From Aulosira sp. ZfuVER01 (lineage in GTDB: Bacteria > Cyanobacteriota > Cyanobacteriia > Cyanobacteriales > Nostocaceae): a stretch of DNA of 64,000 bases. Below are positions 49,499 through 60,961 of this stretch, in pieces. The position numbers were made by a program, and so were the translations under genes. The stretch's first letter is position 1. Every line of letters begins with the position of its first letter. The DNA is taken from contig JAVRCV020000034.1 in NCBI GenBank assembly GCA_034530615.2, positions 64,001-128,000 of the forward strand, read 5' to 3'. The notes beneath the pieces are model-generated. The model was given only the letters and a program-made list of their open reading frames with translations, searched no databases and had not been told where the DNA came from.

Positions 49499-49984
49499 AT
49501 GAGTACCACAATTTCTGACATTGCAGTTAAAACAATCAACGGTGAGGAAAAGCAACTTAGTGAGTACGCTGGCAAGGTACTCTTAATTGTGAATGTAGCT
49601 TCCTACTGTGGTTACACTCCCCAATATGAGGGACTAGAAAAGTTGAACCAAGAGTATAGAGAAGCTGGACTAAGGATTCTGGCTTTTCCTTCTAATGATT
49701 TTGGAGCGCAGGAACCTGGAAGCAATGAAGAGATTGCACAATTCTGCACAAGTAACTATGGAGTTACTTTTGAACTGTTCGATAAAGTTAATGCCAAAAG
49801 TTTGCCACAGCACCCACTTTATGCTCGACTCACCAATACAGTTGAACCAACAGGGCCTGTAGCTTGGAATTTTGAAAAATTCGTCATCAATAAGCAAGGT
49901 GAAGTAGTGGCTCGTTTTAAGAGTAGTGTTAAACCATATTCACCAGAATTAATTGCCACAATCGAAAGTGAATTAGCAAAATAA
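49499..49984 (+). CDS. Glutathione peroxidase family protein
   Basis: VNVASYCGYT, FP.NDFGAQEPG and WNFEKF motifs. Confidence 0.93.
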   Translation: MSTTISDIAVKTINGEEKQLSEYAGKVLLIVNVASYCGYTPQYEGLEKLNQEYREAGLRILAFPSNDFGAQEPGSNEEIAQFCTSNYGVTFELFDKVNAKSLPQHPLYARLTNTVEPTGPVAWNFEKFVINKQGEVVARFKSSVKPYSPELIATIESELAK

Positions 49985-50035
49985 ATTCAAAATAGAAGGT
50001 TTTGCAACCAGATATTAATTTGGATCTCAATAGTC

Positions 50036-50860
50036 ATGAATATTGCAATCATTGGTTGTGGTTATGTAGGTTGTGCAGTTGCTCAATATTGGCATGAGAA
50101 AGCAAATTTTGTGATAACAGCAACCACCACTACACCTACACGAGTACCCGTACTAGAAGCATTAGCCCAAAAAGTAATCGTAACTAAAGGCAACGATATA
50201 GAAGGTCTAAAATCAGCATTACAAAATCAAGATGTGGTGCTGTTAAGTGTTGCTGCTAAAGGTGCAGACTTTTATGAAGAGGCCTATTTACAAACAGCTA
50301 AAAACTTAGTGTCTATTTTACCAGAAATTTCGAGTATCAAGCAATTGATATATACAGGAAGTTATTCTGTATATGGTGATAGAAATGGTGGAGTTGTAGA
50401 TGAAGAAACAACTGTTATGCCTAAGAGTCCAGGTGCTAAAATTCTCCGCGAAACTGAAGAGGTTTTGCTATCAGCAACCAATGAAAATCTCCGCATCTGC
50501 ATTTTGCGCTTGGGAGGTATTTACGGTACTGGTAGGGAACTGATAAAAATATTTGGTCGCTTTGCTGGGACAACTCGCCCTGGTAATGGGAATGACATCA
50601 CGAATTGGGTTCATCTTGATGATATTGTTGGGGCTATTGAGTTTGCGCGTCAACACAATTTACAAGGTATTTATAACCTAGTAGATGATGCCCATCTCAT
50701 TAGTCGAGAATTTTTTGATACTCTGCTAACAAAACACAATTTTCCTCAGATTATGTGGGATGCTTCCCTTGAGAGTAATCGTCAATATAATGCTTGGGTA
50801 TCTAATCAAAAAATCAAAGATGCTGGATATCAGCTAATCCATCCACAAATGATTTTTTAA
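50036..50860 (+). CDS. NAD-dependent epimerase / atypical SDR
   Basis: IIGCGYVG, SVYGD and LRLGGIYG motifs. Confidence 0.88.
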   Translation: MNIAIIGCGYVGCAVAQYWHEKANFVITATTTTPTRVPVLEALAQKVIVTKGNDIEGLKSALQNQDVVLLSVAAKGADFYEEAYLQTAKNLVSILPEISSIKQLIYTGSYSVYGDRNGGVVDEETTVMPKSPGAKILRETEEVLLSATNENLRICILRLGGIYGTGRELIKIFGRFAGTTRPGNGNDITNWVHLDDIVGAIEFARQHNLQGIYNLVDDAHLISREFFDTLLTKHNFPQIMWDASLESNRQYNAWVSNQKIKDAGYQLIHPQMIF

Positions 50861-50879
50861 CCAATGAGGCTGGTATATT

Positions 50880-51809
50880 ATGCAATCATCTAATGATGTG
50901 CGATCACTAGGTACTATAGCATCTCCTACTCAATTTTACACTTGGCGTAATTATCGCTGTGCCTACGAAGTGCAGCAACCAAATAATTCCCATCCTCAAG
51001 GTATTCCTCTACTATTAATTCATCCTATTGGTGTGGGTTTATCGCGGCAATTTTGGCAACGATTTTGCCGTGAATGGTATAACATGGGATATCAAAATCA
51101 AATTTATAATCCTGATTTATTGGGATGTGGTGAAAGTGATATGCCCCATGTTGCTTACACTCCTGATGATTGGGCAGAACAATTACAGTATTTCTTGCAA
51201 ACAGTGGTGCAAAAACCTGTAATTGTATTGGTGCAAGGTGGTTTATTACCGATTGCGCTGAGATTAATTAAAAAAGAACCAAAGTTAATTCACTCCCTGA
51301 TATTTTCTGGGCCTCCAGCTTGGGCTATCATCACTAAAAAAGTACCAACATGGCGGCAGAAACTAGCTTGGAATCTCTTTGACTCACCCTTTGGTAATGC
51401 TTTTTATCGTTATGCACGCACTACAAAGTTTTTGCGTTCTTTTTCAACGCGCCAACTTTTTGCCTCTGGCGATACGGTTGATTCAGAATGGTTAGATACT
51501 TTAGTTGCAGGTGCAAAAAATACCGCCAGCCGCCATGCAGTATTTTCATTTTTATCAAGCTTTTGGCGACAGGATTATAGTAGCGAAATCGCCTCTATTC
51601 AGCAACCAACATTAGTAGTTGTGGGAGACAAAGCATCAAGTATTAGTCGAGAAGGTAAAGCCGAAGCCCCGGATGAACGTTTAGCTGATTACTTAACCCA
51701 TTTACAGCAAGGGTACGGAATTAAAATAGCTGGGCGCAATGTTCTACCATACGAATCGACAAGTGAATTTGTTAGTGCGATCGCACCTTTTATCGATGAA
51801 CTCACTTAG
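50880..51809 (+). CDS. Alpha/beta hydrolase-fold protein
   Basis: LLIHPIG and PDLLGCGESD; nucleophile elbow is atypical (VQGG). Confidence 0.82.
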   Translation: MQSSNDVRSLGTIASPTQFYTWRNYRCAYEVQQPNNSHPQGIPLLLIHPIGVGLSRQFWQRFCREWYNMGYQNQIYNPDLLGCGESDMPHVAYTPDDWAEQLQYFLQTVVQKPVIVLVQGGLLPIALRLIKKEPKLIHSLIFSGPPAWAIITKKVPTWRQKLAWNLFDSPFGNAFYRYARTTKFLRSFSTRQLFASGDTVDSEWLDTLVAGAKNTASRHAVFSFLSSFWRQDYSSEIASIQQPTLVVVGDKASSISREGKAEAPDERLADYLTHLQQGYGIKIAGRNVLPYESTSEFVSAIAPFIDELT

Positions 51810-51960
51810 GCATTTCTTACTCAAGCAAGTTGCACACTGATTGACAATTATACTAGTATATCTGCGCAGAAATAAAATCTTGCTGCAAAACAGTGCCAAA
51901 AGCCTAGAGTAAATATCTTTGAACTTTTGACACTATTAATTGATTATTTCAGGAGGCCTA

Positions 51961-52695
51961 ATGTTATCCAACCGCCGAGGACAACGAGTTCCCAATGTTA
52001 CATTTCGTACTCGCCAGAACAATCAGTGGGTAGATGTGACTACCGATGAACTGTTTGCTGATAAGACAGTGGTTGTCTTCTCCTTACCAGGTGCTTTTAC
52101 TCCCACTTGTTCTTCCACCCACCTACCTGGTTATAACCAGTTGGCTAATGTGTTTAAAGAAAATGGTGTGGATAACATTGTCTGTATTTCTGTCAATGAT
52201 GCCTTTGTCATGAATGAATGGGCCAAAGACCAAGAAGCTAGTAATATTACCTTAATACCTGATGGTAACGGTGAATTTACTGAAGGCATGGGAATGCTAG
52301 TAGATAAAACAGACCTGGGCTTTGGTAAACGCTCATGGCGCTATTCCATGCTGGTAAAGAACGGTGTCATTGATAACATGTTCATTGAGCCAGAAGAGCC
52401 AGGAGATCCCTTTAAGGTATCTGATGCTGAGACAATGCTCAGGTATATTAACCCCGAAGCAGTGAAGCCTAAGCAGGTTTCTCTATTTACAAAAGTAGGT
52501 TGTCCTTACTGTGCGCGTGCTAAAGCATTGCTCAAGGAGCATGGTTTCGATTATGAAGAAATTGTTTTAGGTAAAGAGGTAACTACTCATTCTTTGAAAG
52601 CAGTTACAGGTGCGACAACAGTCCCCCAAGTATTTATCGATGGACAACTGATTGGTGGTTCTGAGGCACTAGCAGCCTACTTTGGTGAAAACTAG
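51961..52695 (+). CDS. Peroxiredoxin (Prx5/type II)-glutaredoxin hybrid
   Basis: [10 protein letters not shown] and SVNDAFVM plus Grx CPYC and TVPQVFI; AGGAGG RBS before ATG 51961. Confidence 0.93.
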   Translation: MLSNRRGQRVPNVTFRTRQNNQWVDVTTDELFADKTVVVFSLPGAFTPTCSSTHLPGYNQLANVFKENGVDNIVCISVNDAFVMNEWAKDQEASNITLIPDGNGEFTEGMGMLVDKTDLGFGKRSWRYSMLVKNGVIDNMFIEPEEPGDPFKVSDAETMLRYINPEAVKPKQVSLFTKVGCPYCARAKALLKEHGFDYEEIVLGKEVTTHSLKAVTGATTVPQVFIDGQLIGGSEALAAYFGEN

Positions 52696-52719
52696 ATTGT
52701 AGTTAATGATCTAAACTTC

Positions 52720-52750
52720 AGCGTTGCTCTTAACAAAGCAACGCTTTTTT
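52720..52750 (+). terminator. Rho-independent terminator
   Basis: AGCGTTGCT / AGCAACGCT followed by a T-tract. Confidence 0.7.
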
Positions 52751-52888
52751 GAAGTGAGCCATAGAACAGACTCCCTAGTAGTGGTAACGGCATAAAAGCA
52801 ATTATTAAGCGCTTGAGTATCGCTCTAGCACGTATAGTTTGACTCGAGCTTTAAATTCCCTATCGATTTTCTCATCTTGAGAAGCTTG

Positions 52889-53004
52889 ATACCAATTCAA
52901 GATGAAGATGCATATAATTAGCCTGCCTCCGCAGGCTTTGTTGTTTTAGCCTCAGACTTCTAGCCTGAGGGCGAATATAGCGCAACTTCACATAGAATTG
53001 GTAT
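52889..53004. mobile_element. 116-bp MITE/REPIN-like element
   Basis: Terminal IR ATACCAATTC / GAATTGGTAT, extended by TGAAG.TGC / GCA.CTTCA; two internal hairpins. Confidence 0.7.
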
Positions 53005-53062
53005 TACTTCGGTTTGCTATGTATGCTAATAGGCACTGTTATAGGATTTTTTAAAGGTATTA

Positions 53063-53311
53063 ATGAAAATTATTAAAAGGCTTTTATTTAGTTTGTTCCT
53101 CAGCATTGTTACTTTCTTAGGAGTAATTATTTTTTGTATAACAATGCTGAATGTGGTATCAACATTATTCAGATTATTTGAAATAGAGAACTTAGAACCA
53201 TATTTCCCTGAAGCTTATAAGGCTATAAAAGTGTGTGCTGGAATAGGTTCATTAATTGGTTTTCTTATTGGTTTGAAAATTGGTAAAACCGGATCTCAGA
53301 TAAGTAACTAA
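53063..53311 (+). CDS. Hypothetical small membrane protein
   Basis: 82 aa, two TM segments. Confidence 0.55.
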   Translation: MKIIKRLLFSLFLSIVTFLGVIIFCITMLNVVSTLFRLFEIENLEPYFPEAYKAIKVCAGIGSLIGFLIGLKIGKTGSQISN

Positions 53312-53818
53312 TCATTTATAAGACTCCTATTTGATTTGTGAACAAAACTCCGTACACTTTTATTCCTTCTTCAAGGAAAAGCTACCTGTTTCCGTAATAA
53401 TTTAAAGAAATGTAAATCTTTGTCTTTATGGCATAAATATCTCAAGCGTCACTGATAGGTAGAGAAAGCTTTGATTGGGGACTCTACTTCCAGATATCGA
53501 TATGTGTTTCCCATGCATGGATTTTTGTCTAGATACCAATCCAAAATCTAAAATCCAAAATTATATGAGCGATCGCCAATTACAAATCTCATGCTGGGTT
53601 TAACTAAAATCTACCCAAGGATAGATGAAGAATTAGTCTAAGCCATTCAAAACAGAGTCAGCGAAACCGATTCATAGGTATTAATAATATCTAAACTTTT
53701 TCAACTTCAACTAGCTCTCAAATCTCACCAGCAAATATTTGAAAAAGCTGGTTTTTACTTCTGTGATTTTTCTCTATGAATTCCTGAATTTAACAAAATT
53801 TAGAAGGCAAGTATAGAG

Positions 53819-55114
53819 ATGAATACAAACACATATCTACCTGGTTTGAAGACAGCTTTAGAATTCCCGCTAGTAGAGGCTTTATTTGGTAGACGCGCTC
53901 GTCGGTTCTCTCTTGGTGCTGCGATTCCTGATGGTCCATTGGCATTTACATCTCAGTATCAGCCTTTACCGCTTACAGAACTAGAGCAGATGATGGTTCT
54001 GACCGCCGCCGCAGGTAACACTGGCTGGCACCACATGATTACACGTCACGCCAGATATGCTCCACATCTATCTAACTACTCGGCTGCGGCTGGAGGGCGT
54101 ACCTTTCCTTCAGCCGCAGGTTTCCATACCACTGAAATCTTTTTTACTAATGACGAGGGAGTCTATCTTTTTGAAACCCGCGATGCACCTGCTTTAGTAG
54201 AACGACAAGCAGATGGGGAAATAAATCTAGATGAACTATTAGCAGTCCATCGCCAACGGATTCGCAAGTTGAGTGAAAATCGCTTACACATTCCGCCTGC
54301 TGAACCTTACATGGAAGGACACAATACTTGGTGTGTCAATCTTCCAGGAAGTCTGCTGATTATTCCTGTAGCCGACATTGCCCAACATACGATCGCTAAC
54401 CTCTGCTTTTTGGTGCAAAACGGCTATTGCATCTATGACGATGTGAATCGAGAGCAGATTCCGGGGCTGGAAAAATTTCAACACTTGGTGAACCTAGACG
54501 CACCCTTCCCGATGACGTTCATCGATCAGTATTCCTTGACGGAAACTACTGCTGAACTTTCGACCAGTTGCTATGCAGGTATGCTGATGCTGCAAGCAAT
54601 CGGGTTGGGTGGATGGATGTTCGATGGTATTGACCGCCACGTTGTATTGGGTGCAAGTGGCGATCCGGATGTACCAGGCTTGGGTTTCCGCTACGACACC
54701 GACGAACATTGGGCACTCCCTAACCCAACAGGTTTACCAGGAGTATTTGAGGCTTTTTGTCCGCCCCACTATCCCGATATGAGAACCGCCGTGGAAGCCT
54801 TTGTCAAGCGGAAGTTTGGTGCAGGTGGGCCATTCCACCCAGAAACACCAGGGCCTTGGAAAGAAACTGCCAAGGTGCGTGGCAGTGCAGAGGTTCACAG
54901 TGAAGAATTCAAGGAGTGTGTTGCCCTGATGGCGCAATACATCTATGACCGTTTCGGCAAATTCCCTGCCACGGTTTCCAGTGTGTTTATTCTCACTTAT
55001 CTCCAGGCTCATCACTTGGATTTGGAGTTTTACGACCATCACTTCCAGCCGGGAGCCTACCTAAAGACTCATGCTCAACATCTGGTGAATTGGCATTCAA
55101 CTACCGATATCTAG
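53819..55114 (+). CDS. Conserved hypothetical protein, possible nitroreductase-like fold
   Basis: 431 aa; EALFGRRARRF, R.FPSAAG and L.LQAIGLGGW motifs. Confidence 0.7.
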   Translation: MNTNTYLPGLKTALEFPLVEALFGRRARRFSLGAAIPDGPLAFTSQYQPLPLTELEQMMVLTAAAGNTGWHHMITRHARYAPHLSNYSAAAGGRTFPSAAGFHTTEIFFTNDEGVYLFETRDAPALVERQADGEINLDELLAVHRQRIRKLSENRLHIPPAEPYMEGHNTWCVNLPGSLLIIPVADIAQHTIANLCFLVQNGYCIYDDVNREQIPGLEKFQHLVNLDAPFPMTFIDQYSLTETTAELSTSCYAGMLMLQAIGLGGWMFDGIDRHVVLGASGDPDVPGLGFRYDTDEHWALPNPTGLPGVFEAFCPPHYPDMRTAVEAFVKRKFGAGGPFHPETPGPWKETAKVRGSAEVHSEEFKECVALMAQYIYDRFGKFPATVSSVFILTYLQAHHLDLEFYDHHFQPGAYLKTHAQHLVNWHSTTDI

Positions 55115-55127
55115 CTCAGGAGAAATT

Positions 55128-56549
55128 ATGGTTAATTTGCACGTTGCTACTACCACAGGTGAAGAAACCGTTCTTGAAGAAGCAGCAGTAGCAGCATTCA
55201 AGGCCAGCCTGCACGGTGAGGTTTTGAGTCCTGGTGATGCAGACTATGACAACGCCCGCAAAGTCTACAATGGCATGATTGACAAATACCCTCGTCTGAT
55301 TGCACGTTGTACAAATGTGGAGGATGCGATCGCCTCTGTAAATTTTGCCCGCGAACACAATCTGCTGGTTGCGATTCGTGGCGGCGGTCACAATGGTGCA
55401 GGTATGGCGATTTGCGATCGCGGCTTGGTTATCGATCTCTCACCTATGAAGGGCATTAGCGTTAACTCTGTAGCTCATACAGTGCGGGTTGAAGGCGGTT
55501 GCACCTGGGGAGAAATGGATCGTGCAACCCATGAATTCGGTCTAGCTGTACCGAGTGGGATTGTCTCTAGTACTGGTGTTGCTGGCTTAACTTTGGGTGG
55601 CGGACATGGCTATTTGACTCGTAAATATGGTCTAACTATTGACAATCTATTAGAAGCAGACATAGTCCTAGCAGATGGCCGTTTTGTTACCGCCAATACC
55701 CAAGAAAATGAGGATTTGTTTTGGGCGATTCGTGGCGGCGGCGGTAACTTTGGTGTTGTTACATCCTTTTTATTCAAAGCACATCCTCTCAGCACTGTTT
55801 ATGCTGGCCCGATGCTGTGGGATTTGGATCGGGCCGTTGAAATTATGCAGTGGTATCGGGAGTTCATCACCAACGCACCGGAAGATATGTATGGCTTCTT
55901 TGCCATGCTGAAAGTACCACCGGGGCCGCCATTCCCAGAACACCTACACACTAAGACAATGTGCGGTATTATTTGGTGCTACACCGGAGCAGCAGAGAAA
56001 GCAGAAGAAGCATTCCAACCCATTCGCAACTTAAACCCAGCATTTGAACACATTGGTTCAATACCCTATCCTGCTTTGCAGAGTATGTTCGATGCACTGA
56101 TGCCATCAGGGTTGCAGTGGTACTGGAAGGGTGATTTTGTTAACGAGTTGAGCGATGAAGCGATCGCACTACACGTGAAATATGGTTCGCAGATCCCAAC
56201 ATTGCTTTCAACTATGCACCTGTATCCCATTGATGGTGCAGTACATCGAGTCGGTAAGAATGATACGGCTTTCAGTTTCCGTGATGCAAAGTGGTCAATG
56301 ATTATGGCTGGTATCGATCCAGATCCAGCAAACGCGGAGAAGATCACAACTTGGGCAAAGGAATATTGGAATGCATTGCATCCTTATTCCTGCGGCGCAG
56401 CATACGTTAATTTTATGATGGAGGAGGGTCAAGAGCGAGTCCAGGCTACTTACCGTGACAATTACCAGCGTCTAGTTGCGATCAAGAATCAGTACGATCC
56501 AACCAACCTATTCCGTGTCAATCAAAACATTAAGCCAATCGCAAATTAG
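55128..56549 (+). CDS. FAD-binding oxidoreductase (BBE-like)
   Basis: IRGGGH, GVAGLTLGGG, DLFWAIRGGGGNFGVV, YVNF and K.QYDPTNLF motifs. Confidence 0.93.
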   Translation: MVNLHVATTTGEETVLEEAAVAAFKASLHGEVLSPGDADYDNARKVYNGMIDKYPRLIARCTNVEDAIASVNFAREHNLLVAIRGGGHNGAGMAICDRGLVIDLSPMKGISVNSVAHTVRVEGGCTWGEMDRATHEFGLAVPSGIVSSTGVAGLTLGGGHGYLTRKYGLTIDNLLEADIVLADGRFVTANTQENEDLFWAIRGGGGNFGVVTSFLFKAHPLSTVYAGPMLWDLDRAVEIMQWYREFITNAPEDMYGFFAMLKVPPGPPFPEHLHTKTMCGIIWCYTGAAEKAEEAFQPIRNLNPAFEHIGSIPYPALQSMFDALMPSGLQWYWKGDFVNELSDEAIALHVKYGSQIPTLLSTMHLYPIDGAVHRVGKNDTAFSFRDAKWSMIMAGIDPDPANAEKITTWAKEYWNALHPYSCGAAYVNFMMEEGQERVQATYRDNYQRLVAIKNQYDPTNLFRVNQNIKPIAN

Positions 56550-56588
56550 ACCATTTAATTATGGTGTCCAGCAAATTACACTCAATAT

Positions 56589-56685
56589 GTCATTGCGAGT
56601 GAAACGCAGTGGAACGACGCAATCGCAAGGGTTGAGATTGCGACTCTGCGAGTTCTCCTGTGGAGTACCCTCTGGTCGCAATGAC
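56589..56685. repeat. 97-bp palindromic dispersed element
   Basis: Terminal IR GTCATTGCGA / TCGCAATGAC with internal CGCAATC/GATTGCG stem. Confidence 0.7.
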
Positions 56686-56716
56686 GGTCGTTTGAACGGA
56701 TAGCCTAAATTTATGG

Positions 56717-56756
56717 AGTGTAAGCGTCAATCTCAAGGGTGACGCTTACACTTTTT
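56717..56756. terminator. Terminator between convergent genes
   Basis: AGTGTAAGCGTCA / TGACGCTTACACT, perfect 13-bp stem plus T-tract. Confidence 0.7.
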
Positions 56757-56773
56757 AACTTATCCGAATAGCT

Positions 56774-58390
56774 TTAATTGCTTTTGCCATTCTCCTGAAG
56801 TTGCTGCAATTGCACATCATTGATCCAAATTGCCTGCTGGGGTACAGGAATGGTGATTCCGGCTTGGTCGAAGGCGACTTTGAGACGGCGACGATACTCC
56901 CGTGCTACATCCCATTGCTTGAGAGGTTGTGTTTTAATCCACACACGAATAATTAAACCGCGATCGCCAAAATTATCAACCCCTAAAACTTTAGGTGTTT
57001 CTACAATCTGATGTTGCCATAAGGGGTCTTCATCCATCTCTAAGGCAATAGTGCTAATTAACTTCAAAACTTCGTCAATATCAGCCTGGTAGTCTACTGG
57101 AATCGTTAAATCGGCTCTTGACCAACGACTAGAAAGATTGGCAACGATTTTGATTTCGCTATTAGGAATCGTGATTAACCGTCCTTCGGAATCTCGGACT
57201 TGAGTCATCCGCAAATTGAGATTTTCTACTAAGCCTCCCACGGTTCCGACATTAATCACATCGCCTAAAGCATACTGGTCTTCGAGGATGATCAGAAAAC
57301 CGTTAATCGCATCTTTAATTAGGTTTTGCGAAGCTAGGGAGACTGCAACACCGACTAAACTCGCACCAGCTAACAAGGGAACGATATCTATTCCCAAGGC
57401 GATTAGTGCTAGGAAAAAGCCCACTGTCACACAGGTAAGAGTCGCAATACTTTTAGTCACACCCGAAAATGTGGAAACTCTCAGTTGCAAACGTTCAGAG
57501 GTTTCCGAATTGAACAAAGCACCACTGCTGATCAGAGTGGAGGTAAAGCGGTCAATTAACGCATAGCTGAAACGGATTGCTACATAAGTTCCCAATGCCA
57601 CAATACCCAATCTCAGGGGAATTTGGGCAGCAGAGAGAATTCCTAACTGAAAAACTCTTGTATAGGGAAATAGACCCAAAATTATGAATGTGCCACCTCC
57701 CCAAATTCCAGCTTGAGTCAGCTGAAACAGTCGTTTCTTGACTTCGTGTAAATGCTGATGTTGCTGTTGATTTAGTTGAGTGGTAATTGGTTGCGTTTGG
57801 CGAGAAGTTGGGGGGACAGGATGTAGGAGATGTTGTTGAGAACGGCGCTGCCAACAATATACTCCCCAACTCGTGACAATCATTGCCAGTCCAATGCCAG
57901 CAGCTATTTTACCTTGATCGATTAAAAATTGCGTGTTGCGTTCTCGCTTCGCCCGTTGCAACGCCTCTTGCAATGTATCTGTGATTTGATTTGCTGAAAG
58001 TGTTGCATCTTCCTCTCGCAGTCTCGCGTCTTCGGAAGTGACAGTCATTAGGTATTGACCGTTGATTGTAATTACAGGTGCATCTTTGGCTTTTTGCACC
58101 TGTACATTAACTGTTTGTGCAGATGAACGCAGGTAATTTTGGCTAATTTCATTCAAGTTTTGTTGAATATTTTGCGATCGCTCTGGAAAGTTAGCTCTTG
58201 TAGCCGCTATCTGGAACAACCTACGACCATCTAAATAGATCCAGCCACTAACAATTCTATTGTCTGAATCTTTACTTACACTACTAGGAGTTGGCAAGTT
58301 AGGTAAAAAGGGAATCTGGGCTGTAGCTTTTGGAACAGATACAACGGCGATCGCCATTGAACCTGCAAGCGCCAAAAATTTCAAGCGCAC
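56774..58390 (-). CDS. Large MscS-family mechanosensitive channel
   Basis: Signal peptide, periplasmic domain, then SQNLIKD.ING..I..EDQY..GD and G.VE.LNLR.T. Confidence 0.9.
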   Translation of the reverse strand: MRLKFLALAGSMAIAVVSVPKATAQIPFLPNLPTPSSVSKDSDNRIVSGWIYLDGRRLFQIAATRANFPERSQNIQQNLNEISQNYLRSSAQTVNVQVQKAKDAPVITINGQYLMTVTSEDARLREEDATLSANQITDTLQEALQRAKRERNTQFLIDQGKIAAGIGLAMIVTSWGVYCWQRRSQQHLLHPVPPTSRQTQPITTQLNQQQHQHLHEVKKRLFQLTQAGIWGGGTFIILGLFPYTRVFQLGILSAAQIPLRLGIVALGTYVAIRFSYALIDRFTSTLISSGALFNSETSERLQLRVSTFSGVTKSIATLTCVTVGFFLALIALGIDIVPLLAGASLVGVAVSLASQNLIKDAINGFLIILEDQYALGDVINVGTVGGLVENLNLRMTQVRDSEGRLITIPNSEIKIVANLSSRWSRADLTIPVDYQADIDEVLKLISTIALEMDEDPLWQHQIVETPKVLGVDNFGDRGLIIRVWIKTQPLKQWDVAREYRRRLKVAFDQAGITIPVPQQAIWINDVQLQQLQENGKSN

Positions 58391-58891
58391 TCCAACACCT
58401 CCTTGCTTAGAATCTCTTGTTGAACACCCCCTAGGCTATCCTCCACAATAAATTTCAGCAAATGTACTTGTCTAAAGTTCAATCCCTCTAGGTGATAGAT
58501 TTTTCACCTTGGATATTTTATATCTTTAGGCAGATGACATCATACTGTTTTTATTGCGGGTAATAACCACAGGAGTTTTTGATATTACTCCGATCAAGGA
58601 TAAATCAAAAACGAAAAAAGTATAAAGAAAAAACTCAGTACGCACTTAGCAGCCAGTGGCGCTAGCGCAGTTTTCAACGCAAGTCGGCGGGAAATTATAT
58701 CTGTGGGTGGAGTTTTTCATTTCCTACTTCATAATTCATACAAAGCGCCTTCAGTTGACATTACTGCGATCGAGCGTCAAGCTAGTTGACAGAACCATCG
58801 ACTAGTGTTTGGAGATTACAGCCAAAAATCGCAAGTCGTGGAATAATCTATTAGGATACGTAAAGACTACGTACCTTTTTTGACTTTTTAG

Positions 58892-60181
<1,290 letters not shown>

Positions 60182-60227
60182 AGCGAACCCTGAAAGTTTA
60201 GGGTTGCAGCTATAACTTAATTTTTGA

Positions 60228-60258
60228 CTGGGATGGGCAAATTGCCTATCCCATTTTT
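60228..60258 (+). terminator. Terminator after ahcY
   Basis: TGGGATGGGCA / TGCCTATCCCA stem plus TTTTT. Confidence 0.65.
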
Positions 60259-60352
60259 ATGTGTTTAATACCAATACTTCATAAAGATGCACTAAATTTT
60301 TGGTGTTGCTAAACTAGACATGAAATTTGCTCACTGCTCCGCATCTTGAGCA

Positions 60353-60961
60353 CTAAGGGATTACTTGAGTTTTATCACAAAGACAGATGATCCGATTTAC
60401 AAAAGCTTTTAGTTCTGGACAGGCCTGAATAGCAATCATCAAATCGTTGTCCTTCAAAATCTTTGCCCCATGAATAGGCTTATTATAGTCTTGGCGTCCT
60501 CCTGATTTGAAAATTTCCTTAATCCAGTATGAAGGAGGTTTTTGGTGATTCACCGTTTCGGGAAATCCACTAGGAGCAGAGCGATTATGTTTGGCTAAGG
60601 ATTGGATAGTTTTCCAGTATGGAAGAAGCCATGCTTCAAAGTCATGTAGTGCTGTGTGGGGATAAAATTTGGGGTTGTTCCCAACCCAATTCATCATTTG
60701 GGCTTTAGCATCAGCCGCATCTTGAAAATCATTAGTTCCTGTATAAACGTCTGTGAGCGCAATTACAGCATCATAAGCACTATTGCCAGTCAGTAAATTT
60801 TCAACTACACGCTTGAGTTTTTCTTCTTTAGGAATTCGACCATTTTGCGGAATAAACTTAAGTCTTGGCATGTGTTGCCCTAAACGAGTTTGGAGAACCT
60901 CACGCAATTTTTCTTTAAAAGCTACCTCGGTAGCCCCTTCAACCAAAATAGCAATGTTCAT
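60353..60961 (-). CDS. DUF4276-like (TOPRIM-like) protein
   Basis: ILVEGATE, ALTD.Y, HDFEAWLL, PETVN, YNKPIHG and CP motifs; ATGA overlap with the ATPase stop. Confidence 0.8.
   Translation of the reverse strand: MNIAILVEGATEVAFKEKLREVLQTRLGQHMPRLKFIPQNGRIPKEEKLKRVVENLLTGNSAYDAVIALTDVYTGTNDFQDAADAKAQMMNWVGNNPKFYPHTALHDFEAWLLPYWKTIQSLAKHNRSAPSGFPETVNHQKPPSYWIKEIFKSGGRQDYNKPIHGAKILKDNDLMIAIQACPELKAFVNRIICLCDKTQVIP

Noticed and set aside
53316..53400. Possible MITE end (AGACTCCTATTTGATTTGTGAA)
   Set aside because: No matching inverted end found in the window.
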